Source: Haliotis rubra
Lineage: Eukaryota
Direction of reading: 5' to 3'
Assembly (NCBI RefSeq): GCF_003918875.1
Contig: NW_025766968.1
Coordinates: 5,270,001 to 5,334,000, forward strand
Length of the DNA: 64,000 bases
The notes under the pieces are model-generated. The model was not told the DNA's origin, did not search any database, and saw nothing but the letters and a program-made list of their open reading frames with translations. Below, piece by piece: positions 36,312 to 48,155 of this stretch. Positions within the stretch are counted from its first letter, which is position 1; each line of letters starts with the position of its first letter. Both the position numbers and the translations under genes were made by a program.

Positions 36312-36839
36312 GGTGCTGTCTGCAAACAAGAAACATATATCAGAAAACATGAAAAATACCAATAGTGTTTGAGAAATAACTGTTGCAAAGCAATAGTGAT
36401 TCAATTCATGATTATATTTTACATCTATTCAAGTGTTCTAAAATATACCAATGTTATGAATTAATATCTTAATTTTTCTTATAGCTTCAAGAGCATGTTA
36501 CTATTTGGCACAAATAGAGCAATACCACTTGATGTTTCTGGTAGATAAAAGCACTGCAATATAATGTAAGACTTGGCCCTGTTGTATGGAGTAAGTCTCA
36601 AAGTATTAACACGTGTTTCATACACAATATAATATCCAGAAAGAAAATATATTAAAATCATAAATCAATAAATATTGTGCTCATTCTCACAGCTTTCAGT
36701 TTAATGTGACACAGACCTGTCTTGTTGTAGAAATATATATGACAGTAACAGGTGTGTGGGAAGTCTACAGTTTTTAAAGAGCATCATACAACTCTTGCTC
36801 AAATGTTGTTTCATCAGGGTTACAACGTTTAACATGTTC

Positions 36840-37000
36840 AGGGCGTGGTGGGGTAGCCTAGCGGTTAGCATTCGCTCATCACACTGAAGATCCAGGTTCG
36901 ATTCCCCACAAGATGTGTGAAGACCCTTTCTGGAGTCCCCTGCCATGATATTGCTAAATATTGCTAAAAGTGGCGTAATGCTAAATTCACTCACTCACTC
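36840..37000 (+). mobile_element. SINE family A copy
   Basis: TSD aacatgttcag. Confidence 0.85.
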
Positions 37001-38597
37001 AACATGTTCAGTAAAGCTTTAAAATCATTTTATGGGGTGGACATTCTCTTATTTCATGCATCAATAACCAAAATCATGTCTGAAGCTAGTCCCGATTTTT
37101 ACTTGTACTACATGTTCCCATTCATTTTCAGTGAATGATTGATTTGACTTTATAGGTGTTTGTGATGGGTGCCACTTGTTGGGCCGGATATGCTCACCGT
37201 TTTGCAAACACCTGATATCATCATCATGCTTTTCATAAACACACGCTTATAATTAGGTCAGAATCATGCAATGGACAAGTATTTATTAGGAGTAAGGAAA
37301 AAGTTATGATACTTTTTTAAGTAGATCATCATAGCTAGGTCAGGCCCGGAACAGACACACCAGTGACTGACGGAATGAGCACCAATCCATGACACACAGC
37401 CAGCCAGGTCACCCTAAATCTTGACAACAGACTAAAATTACATAATTACTGACCACTATTATCTTGATAATTAAATCCTCCATATGCTTTTTGGAGCATC
37501 CTAGATTAAGTATTGCAGAGATAGAATTGCAATTTTTTATGGGTGCCATAGGGCACCAGACAGATAATTTAGACGTGCCTTTGTGAAAATAATCATGCCC
37601 ATGATCCAACTAAGCTTCCAACATCCCAACAATTCTGTCATTTCAATCTATTGTTCAATAAATCAGTAAACATCATATCAACTTCTAAACTTGTGAGCTG
37701 GATTTCCTAAACACTATCATGACTGCAAGAATATTTCAGCTTCAGTTGTCCTGGACCCATAAACTAACTCACGAACTATGTTATCATTCAAAATGGGATT
37801 TCCTGTTATGGGCACTGGCATTGAAAATGGCCATGCCCATATTTAGCTGCGAGATTGAGAGTGCCACAGATAAACAGTTGAAGCGGGTGCATAAATTATG
37901 GTTTTGAATCATTTCAGTTGGTCAAATTTATTGCATTTTCCCTTAAATGAATCATGTTGTATATTATTTTTATAATTTCAATTGTGCCACCAGGGCACAT
38001 TGAAAATATTTCATTCGTGCTATTTCAAGAATTACTATGCCATGGCATGCAAATGAAGCACTATTTCCATTCCTGCAATGCATTAAATCTAGATTATCTT
38101 ATGATAAATACCACAAACATATTTGCCACTGTACATTTAAGAAGAAATTTAATATATAATTTCTCTTGCTTGGAAGAGTAATTTGTTTGGATGGCTAACT
38201 TTAGCATCAAACACTTTGAATGGGCCTTGAATAAAGCCACTGTGGCAAATGTGCCCAGGATATTGATCAAAACATAAGGGATATTTGGGGATGGTTGATC
38301 TGTAGCAAAAATATTTTGTTCAGAATTTCCACTATTTATCTATTTAACACAAATGTTTGACGCAACATCAGGGATCGAAGTCATTAGTACATTCTTGAAT
38401 ATTTCAAAGATTTAACTAATTTCTAAATGAACTTTACCTCTATCTATTTGACATTGGACTTTTGACATTTTGGATAAAAATCAATGTCCTGGAAAATGAT
38501 CCCTATTGAGACCCTGAATCACTCAATATGTGACATGGCAGCCTGTGGCAGTAGATAACAAAATACTATTTTGACTTTCATACAGAGTATTCACAAT

Positions 38598-38761
38598 GAG
38601 TGAGTGAGTTTAGTTTTACACTGCACTCAGCAATATTCCAGTTATATGGAAGTGGTCTGTAAATAATCGAGTCTGGGCCAGACAATCCAGTGAATAACAG
38701 CATGAGCGTTGATCAACTCAATTGGGATACGATGACATGTGTCAACCAAGTCAGCGAGCCT
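38598..38761 (-). mobile_element. SINE family B copy, 5'-truncated
   Basis: Matches the 3' half of the family. Confidence 0.8.
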
Positions 38762-39406
38762 TTCTGAATGAAGGACGTGTTTTGCATGTAGGTACACAAC
38801 AGAATCTGACCCAACTGTCTTTTGATGTCAAATACATAAAGACAAGTCGATACAGGTTTAATATGTGAAGATGAGATTTTATTTATTACCCAAAATTATT
38901 CTTTGAACTTGTTTTCAGTTTGTAAACAATGGTTACCAGTGTCTCAAGTGTAAAATGTAAAGGTAAGCAACTTCAGCTTCACTGAATTGAGATAAATGGT
39001 AACAACCAGATGATGTCACAGTGATCTGAAAACCATTGTGATGCAATTGTATTGATATCTCCTCATTCATCTACTTGAAAACACAGCTGTGCCCACACAA
39101 AAACACTCACTTATTGAGCCATGTTATCAACAAGCCAACATTTTCCTGAGTACATGTATAACTTTGTATTCCTGTGCTTGATCTCACCAAGGAGATATCT
39201 TCTAGGAAAACCATTTACTTCAGAAAAAATTTGGATAACATTATCTCCTACAAAAACCTATACTCAAATAGATACTTTAGTTTTCTGAACATACTAACAT
39301 ACTATACATTTCATCAATGGATACTAGACTATCCGTATCCACAGACATTTATGGCTAACTCATACCTAATATTCTCATTATTTTCATACTTATTTTATAG
39401 CATGTG

Positions 39407-39577
39407 AGGGGTGGTGGGGTAGCCTAGTGGTTTAAGCGTTGGCTCGACCACACGAAGACCCGGGTTCGAATCCCCACATGGGTACAATGTGTGAAGCCCA
39501 TTTCTCGTGTCCCCAGCCGTGATGTTGCTGGAATATTGCTAAAAGCGGCGTAAAACCAAACTCAGTCAGTCAGTCAG
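39407..39577 (+). mobile_element. SINE family A copy
   Basis: Consensus match. Confidence 0.85.
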
Positions 39578-42500
39578 TATAGCATTTGTACCTTTTTGGG
39601 TTGACCCGTACACATATTTAGATGCCTCATATCCAAATTTGGTTGACTCATACCCAGCTGTGGATGATTTGGTGACTCAGTCATCAAGTAGTTTGGATGG
39701 ATGGATGGATGGATGGATGGATGGACATAGATATCTATGTATTTACTCTTATATATGTATGCATATTTTCATTCATTTATATTGTCTAAAAGAAATATTA
39801 ATAACAATTTACAAATTAAAACAACTACATTGTATATGGAAACATGAAGCAAAGAGTTTCAGATATTTACCGATTCCACATATGCGGTGAGATGTTTTTG
39901 ATAGTGTCTTCTAAGATGATTCCCTAAAAGACCAAAGGCACCTACAGTACTTTATCAGGCATAAAGTATGTTTTTGCATTATGGCACACTGAAATGACAT
40001 CACTGAGCCATTCTAGTCTGCCCCCAAATAATCAAACAACATATATATATACCCTTTGGTAACCGACATCATGATGAACGTCAGTTGCCATTGCCATGTA
40101 CAATCTCTTACAGCGCGTTTCATGGTTTGCAGTTGCTAATGGAACATCACAGATGGAAACATTACGTTTTCGATGAAAAAAATGCCTCAGCTTGATGCAC
40201 AATTAAACAGTAACGCAGCAATGGTTGCTAACTAGACCTATGTCCACAGTCCCACAATGCATCAGTAGAATGTCACATGACTAGTCAGCTTCATCTGGGT
40301 GTATTGATCTAAACATACTGGCATTTAAAATGTGACATTCATATTGTCCCATGTGGTTTACGAAAATCATAAATGTAATTGAAATAATAAAGAGATCATG
40401 TTGAAACTTTGTATCATTTGTTTTCGTGGTTTTGTGTAGGGGTGCAGACACATTCATAGAACAGCATGTCAGTTAGCCCTGAACAATTGTTAATGTAGGT
40501 AACCCACAACATTGTTTTTCTTATTGCTTTGTGCTTTAGATGAATTGTCCTCAAGTATATAATTTGGCATCGTACAAAAGAATTATATTTCGCTTCATAC
40601 TCATGTAAGTACAGCTTTCCCTGAACTATTACAACATTAAGCACTCGAACGGAATCATCTTCATGATTTAACTATAATAGTTCACGGCAAAGCTTTACTC
40701 TATTACACTATACATGGGGGTTAACTGAACTGTATTTCTTAAACATATACATCTGTGCGCTATATTTGGCAGTTGTTTTGGCATATAAAAAAGGTAGGCT
40801 TGGAAGTCCGTGAGAGAACATAAAGGTGAATGTACAACACGTGTTACTAGAAGCAGAAATCAAACGAAGTCTCAGTTGAGAAAGCCACTCGTTTCGATCA
40901 AGTTTAGTCCATGTACTCGATATGCTGCAGTTCAATAGATATTTTCATTAAATGAGTTAATGATTTGGTATCAAACGAGCAAAAGTGAGTTTGATACTAA
41001 ATCTTTCATGAATTTTATAAAAAATGGTATTTTACGGAAGCTAGTTTAGTATTCTGTTTATTACTCTCCAACATAAATTGATAGAAATGTCCTACAATGT
41101 GATGACTCTCAGCTTTCCATGAGCCAGGCAAGGTCTAATGCCATTGTGACAAGAGGCATTAGCATTGTGAGGTCATAACTGTAAACAATTATGACGTCAT
41201 ACGTCCGGCATCACACGATGTTATTACTAAATGTTTAATATCATTGTAGATTTATTAAACAGTGATATCTTCAACGGGTGAGTAATAAAGATTTATTACC
41301 TACGAGGGCGAACATATCTGGGTTCATATTTTTCATACGATGCCCTAGGGCAAAATATCACTTTGTCATGGTGACGTGACGTCATGAACAATGCTATGAC
41401 GTCACGTTTCTTCTGTGACGTTGCCTTCTACATGCAGCGAAGGCAGGTAGACAGCCTATGTTTGAAAGTAGATTTGGGTTATTTTCCTCAATTTGACGAC
41501 TTCGGTAATATATTCTTGCCCATATCATACTATGTTTATGACACTCGTGCCTAAAGATCGGTATATCCCTCGCTCTCGCCCGGGAAATGCCAACATTTGG
41601 GCACTCGTGTCGTAAACAAAGTATGACATGGGCACTCATATAATATCCTCTATATATTTTCACAATGATTGGCTTTTTTGGGGTACAAGTGATCCATTTG
41701 GATAGGTACAGGGGGTATGGGTCGTCCAATATTTGAGTACAAGTTTGAACAAAAATATTGCTGGGTACGAATCTCCACGGAATGGGTTGTTCAGTTCACC
41801 AGATGTACGAATCTGTAATAATTAGTTTCCTCTTTGTTCCAACAATAACTTACATATGAAACCAAAGCCTTTTTATGCACAAGAACTGTGAATAAGTAGA
41901 TGTTAGTATCATGAAAAGTAATACCCATAATTCAATATTAACATACCTTAGATGGATATGTGAATGGGTTGAAGCTGTGAAACTGTATAAGGATACTGTA
42001 ATGATTTGTCCCCTGGATAAAAATGCACGGGCTACTTTTTCTGACTTACACCGAATGCTCATATGGGAAGCGTTTGTCAAGTGTTCAGATTTCTGATGTT
42101 GATCCAGCGTTTTGAAAAAGACAGGGTACATAGATGGAGACGAAGTGTCTGAAAAGGGGATCCACAAGTAAACCTACAAAAATGCACAGTGCCGGTGACA
42201 TTTTGATTCCATGCAGCCATTTTCTGTCAATATTGGCAATGGACCAGAACTGTTTAAAACTAAACGCCAACGGGTGTCAAATGTCACATTATCGTCCGTG
42301 CATGATTTACTTCGGGTCGTTAAAAAGTATTAAAAAGCTGAAAAACTAGTTTGTACTAATCCAATAAAACACACTTACTGTCGTTACTTAGACTTTTTTG
42401 AGAGATGCAGATCTATGCTCTACTTCTTGCAACTTGGACACACCTGTTGCCTTAAGTAGAGCTCCAGATGGTCTAAGGGAGGTAACTGTAATTTCACGGT

Positions 42501-42755
42501 TGTTACTTTTTGGAATGTTTTATTGCTCATATCAGAGGTTCAAATCTTCTAAATCTTTAATCCACTTACATTGACCTAAACTTGTAAAATCCAACATGTT
42601 TACCTTGATATAATCAGTAGTAAATGCACGTTCTTTCAAATTTGAGATGAAAAAAATCGGAAAAAACTGGCTCGTTTCTGCAGTATAATTACTATCGAGG
42701 ATAATTCATAGATTATATTTTTTTCCGTTGACAACACTCATTTCCTCCCAAACCA

Positions 42756-42892
42756 NNNNNNNNNNNNNNNNNNNNNNNNNNNNNNNNNNNNNNNNNNNNN
42801 NNNNNNNNNNNNNNNNNNNNNNNNNNNNNNNNNNNNNNNNNNNNNNNNNNNNNNNNNNNNNNNNNNNNNNNNNNNNNNNNNNNNNNNNNNNN
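42756..42892. other. Assembly gap
   Basis: N run. Confidence 1.
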
Positions 42893-44384
42893 ATAGGTTT
42901 TCGGACATTATACGTTGTCGTACGGCAGTGCTTACTTGTGCTGAAATGAGGGGTGTTGCGTCGCATTGTAAATTATTGAATGACGGTTTGGGTATATGAT
43001 CTCTTTTAAGTTTGTGAGATGTTTTATAGTCGTTCAACTGATTAAAAGATGTCAACGAATGTTTCTTAAGTGTAAAAAAAAACGTAATACGAGGTATGGA
43101 TGATAGTTCGTATTACAGTCGGGGTGCCTCGGTATGGCATCATAATCAGATTGGAAACAAAGGCAAGTTTCTTACTTTTATGTTAATTATATATTCATAT
43201 TTATTCACCTCTATCAAAACTTTTAGTACATCGTACAGCAATTTGTTTAAGAACATTACATAAAGTAAAGCAGTCGGTAGACAGTTTGCTATTAATGTAT
43301 ACGTATTCCAATACCGATGAAGATTTCTACATTGATCTTTATATTGCCCCCATCAAATATTACACAGAATAAATTCATTTCTTGAGCATTAGCTAGCCGT
43401 TTCAGGTAAACTAAACAGAAACGATTTTGTCTTTAAAAAGTACATTATATTACCACAATAAATGAATAATATAACGACGAGCCACATTGTTTATCCTCCG
43501 ATAGGGATACGGTGATTTCGTAGACTAAACCAGTTCGTAGACGCGATGGATTCGTAACCCAGACTGGTTCGTAGACGGTGATTTCGTAGACGTGTATTAA
43601 TAATTGAATAATAGTATATATTAAGTTTGATTTTTACTTAGAATGTGTATAACGAAAATGATGATAAGGAGATGTAGGGTTCGTCGACGATGATAAGGCT
43701 GATGATAAGGACAAAATTAGTCTACTCATCATAATTTCCCGACTGTTTTCATTGTTGTGGGAGGATTAACAGGTTTCCCTGAGTTGTTGTGATTTTGATT
43801 GCGAAATACTCTGTGTAGGAGATGCGTTTCTTAAGAAGTGTTTTCTGCTACTTCTCTGCTGGTCTGCGTAGTTGAATGTTGAATAACGATACTTACCTAA
43901 TACATATCTTTTAATTTTACACCAATTTGTCGGACGTGGACCGCTGTGAAGCATATTATATTATTTTATTATTTTAAGCATATTTTCACCGCCGATCATA
44001 CTTACCTGATATATTTTATTTATTTAACAAAATGCAAACACTTTTCGTCGATTTTCATCATCATTGAGGTTAAACTTTTCCCATTTTAATAACGTCTACG
44101 AATCCACCGCGGGTCTTGCGCGGGTTCGAGGCAGTAACGGGATATTTTACAGCCGCTTCCCAGACTATACTTCTTTTACCAGATTTGAACTTAAATGAAC
44201 ATATTTTACAGTAGAAAACAGTATATGGAATATAATATATTTGGCTTACTTTATTCTCGAAACTGCATTAATATAGATCGACTTGACAAATATGATAGAC
44301 GTGCATGGGCTTTTGGATATATTTGTTTTGGGGTCAGTGTGCCAGATTACCGTGTTATCGGAGATACGTTTTAATCCACTTTTG

Positions 44385-44556
44385 AGTGATTGAGTAAGTG
44401 AGTTGGGTTTTACGCCGCTTTTAACAATATTCCAACAATATCACAGCGGGGGACACCAGAAATGGGCTTCACACATTGTACCCATGTGGGGGCATCGAAC
44501 CCGGGTCTTCGGCGTGAGAAGCTAACGCTTTAACCACTGGGCCACCAAACCGCCCC
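44385..44556 (-). mobile_element. SINE family A copy
   Basis: TSD taatccacttt. Confidence 0.85.
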
Positions 44557-46409
44557 TAATCCACTTTGAACATCATTCAAGACCTATTATGCTGGGGACA
44601 CCACGTATAGGTTTGACATAGGAACATTTCAATTCAAGTGAAGATGACATAGGGAAATTTTAATTCAAGTGAGGAATCATATACTTACAAGTGAACAGAT
44701 ATGTTATTAATGAACTACCTCGAACTTGAGAGAAATGACTTCAGTATCTGGATAATAAATGCATCAAGAAATTCAACCAGCGCGTATTGAATCGAAGCGT
44801 ACGATTTTATTTTGGCGAGATACAAATGGCAGTGGTAAGCTGAACTCTTAAATGAAATTTCATTTCTATTGTTTTTCTTTTCATTTATTCATCACAATGA
44901 TAAGTAGTCATAGGTGAAAATATGGATTCGTCATAATTCGATGTGTTGAGAACCCCTTATTTACATTTAGATGTTTTGAAACATATCTCAGATTAGCGGA
45001 TTTTGCATTACTTCCACTTTTCTTGTATTTATATACCTCTTTCGCTATTCAATTTGTTTAGAAGTCCAGTAAATTTGTCCAGTAAAAAGGAATTCCTGAC
45101 CAAAGGATTTGCATATGTGAGAGTGGTTTGCATCATGTGTATGACCATATTTGATTTGTACCATTAGCTTATTTAATCAGCACAAAACGGGTGAAACCCT
45201 TGCTTTAGAAGGCATGCGCTCAACCACCAAACTGAATCGTCTTCCTAAAACGTAGGAGTTACCTCCTCCTGAAACTGCGCCACCTGTATAATGCTGTCCA
45301 GACAGGTGCTTGTCAGAATCAAAGGTTTTCTTGTCAAATATCCGGATGTATTGCACTGAAATGTACATACCCGCAGGCAGTGACACGCCACGGCTATCAA
45401 ACTACAGCACACAAGATACTTACACATGAGTAAGTGATTAATTACCGTTAGAAATGGATTTAAAGGAGTTCTTTTTGGACGAAATGTAACATATTAGTAC
45501 AGTTCTTTATTCCAATGCTCAAAGGTTAATAATTTGTGACATGTTTGATCGAGTGTATTTGGATTTTGATATTTTCTACTACACTCTGATGACAACCTCG
45601 TGGTTACAGTGTATGTAGATTGAATTTGTTACTTATAAAATCTGTTTATATAGTATCGCAATCGCCAGCAAGGGCAGATAACTCGTGGTGGGAATAAATA
45701 TACCGTTCACGGAACCAAACAGCTACTCTTTCATCCGTGTAATACAGACAATAATCATGATAATAGCTTGAAACGTTCTAGTATTATGTGATTGTGGTTC
45801 TGTATATCGCTTGACTATAAACGAAGGGCACTGGCACGTTCTGTTGTTTTATATTTCACTTGACACTAACTTCTTTAATGAGGAAACAAGGCACTCAAAA
45901 GAAATTTGTATTTCACATACACAGCTGATTGCTTAGCTTAAGCAAAATTGTAAAAGGATATATTTTCCATCCTAACACAGTTATTGTTGCAATTAATTCT
46001 TTAAAGGAATGTTTTATCAGTTGTGTTATCACGATTATGGCTGTTCTGTTCCTGTCCCCAGGCAGAAAATATTATTAAATAAGATTCTGGTGACAATTTA
46101 GAAAAACATCCTTCTGACAAATTTTGATAATTCTGCAAATTTGTAGACTTTTTTTTGGTATTTTCAACAGTTTTGCACCAGTTTCACTTTGGCAGGCATA
46201 TGTATGATCAGTCAAGGCTAGAATAGTTTAAGATAGAGATTACTAGTGTAAAAATACAGACACTTTTCTGGTGAACAAAAACGTGATCATAATTCGATTT
46301 GACTTCAGAACAAATTCAGGAATTTAATAATTTGTCATAGCATAAACTGTTTAAAAATGGTTTGTAATTTTATCTCTTTAACTTCTTCCATCGAACACAA
46401 ACTTTCCTA

Positions 46410-46792
46410 GTTATTTCCCCCTGCCACAAAGTGGGAGGGGTATTCTAAAGGTTTGAGCTCAGTCCGTCCATCCGTCAGAGATGATGGGGACAGATTTTCT
46501 CAGAAACCGTTATAGATAGGGAAACCAAATTTGGTAGGTGTGTTCAAGACATGAATGCCTTGAGGGAGTTCGAAAATGGAAACCATGTTACAATTTGTTA
46601 CAGAGTTATGGTGCTTGTCATACATTTCTTGATTTGGTACATGGTATCTCCAATGGGGACAGATTTTCTCAGAAACCGTTATTTATGGTATGTGTTTTCA
46701 GGACATGAATGTCATGGTGGAGTTAAAAAACAGGAACCAAACAGGAATAGAACACTGTGGCGGGGGATATTGATGATAATGTCTTCTCGTCT
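46410..46792. mobile_element. Second copy of the Helentron-like non-autonomous family, opposite orientation
   Basis: Hairpin cccctgccac...gtgggagggg, TCCG/TCCA microsatellite, internal duplication atggggacagattttctcagaaaccgtta and terminus gggggatattgatga..tgtcttct. Confidence 0.5.
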
Positions 46793-47489
46793 GTTATGAT
46801 TTTACACAATGCACAATTCACATCATAACTTCATTCCATTTAACCTATGCACTTTTTATACATTTAAAACCAGCTTTTGAGTCATATGTTCAATTTATAC
46901 AGTGACTGTGACTAATTCTGTGGCAGACTTCTGCACAAACAATGATTTTCTGTAAAATAGGTACATTTCTGCTCTGAGCAGTGTTCACGAATGGTGTTTC
47001 AAAGTCACAGGACATTGGGTCCTGTAAGTTTCAGATGTCTGTCTGACCCATTGAAAATGCACAGGACCCATGGAATAAAATTAAACAAACATTTCAGATT
47101 TAATATTTCTTATAATTGACATTGAAATTATTAACAAACATAAGATTTATAAACAGCAAACAAGTGTCACATGTCACATAAAACAACTTCAGTCAAAGTC
47201 ATTGTGAAATATACAGTCAGACACTGGGGCCGGCGGGTTGTAGACTTCTGTCTGACCGTTGGCGAATCTGCCGGATTTGTCAGAGGGTCAGACACTATTC
47301 GTGAACACTGTCTGAGTGGATTCAGTCTTACAGCTAGTAACTATGACATTCAAAACACTTTTCTGAAGCTGACAATTAGAGAACACATTCAGACTGTCTT
47401 TGTCCTGATCTGATAAGAGAGACTATAATTGGTCTTATGAAAAGTCATTCTGATGTCACCTGTGATGGAATGACCTCTGGTCTTCCTTT

Positions 47490-47925
47490 CACTGTACCTA
47501 AGGTGATGCTGGTAACGTGCATTACCAGCATCCCAACATGGCGGCAGGTAAGATCGCTTGGCGATTATTTCCCTCGAATTAGCAGTTTTCCACGTGTATA
47601 CAATCAAAATTATTTATGTGGTGAAGAATATGTATTATTAAAATCGAGCGAGGCTGTCGGTAACTCAAAGTCTGGTTATCGGTTGAGTTATCGACATCCT
47701 CGCTCGATTTTAAAAATGCTTATTCTTCAACACATAGACATTAATAAGCAAATTCATTGCATTGAATGTATTTGCACCATCAAGGTTTATCAGTGTGTTC
47801 AATAATTTTGATTGTATACAAGTGGAAGACTGCTAATTCGAGGGAAATAATCGCCAATCGATCTTACCTGCCGCCATGTTGGGATGCTGGTAACGCATGT
47901 TACCAGCATCACCTTAGGTACAGTG
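47490..47925. mobile_element. MITE with about 120-bp TIRs and CAC...GTG ends
   Basis: cactgtacctaaggtgatgctggtaac... and ...gttaccagcatcaccttaggtacagtg. Flanks ccttt / tcttt. Confidence 0.8.
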
Positions 47926-48155
47926 TCTTTGGCTGTAACATGAATTATGATCTACTTTTGATAAGATTTCTTTTCACTGTAAACTTTATTCAAGGTTGGA
48001 ATTTACACAAGCTAATGAAGGTATCATTGTCACATGGCATATTGAAAATGATTAGAGAGTTTTCAGATTCAACAAGTGTTGGCAAAGTCTTCATGCTTTC
48101 TGTATCTATGTTTCAGTTTGAAGCTCTGCACGTTTGATCACTGAAGATCCCCACA

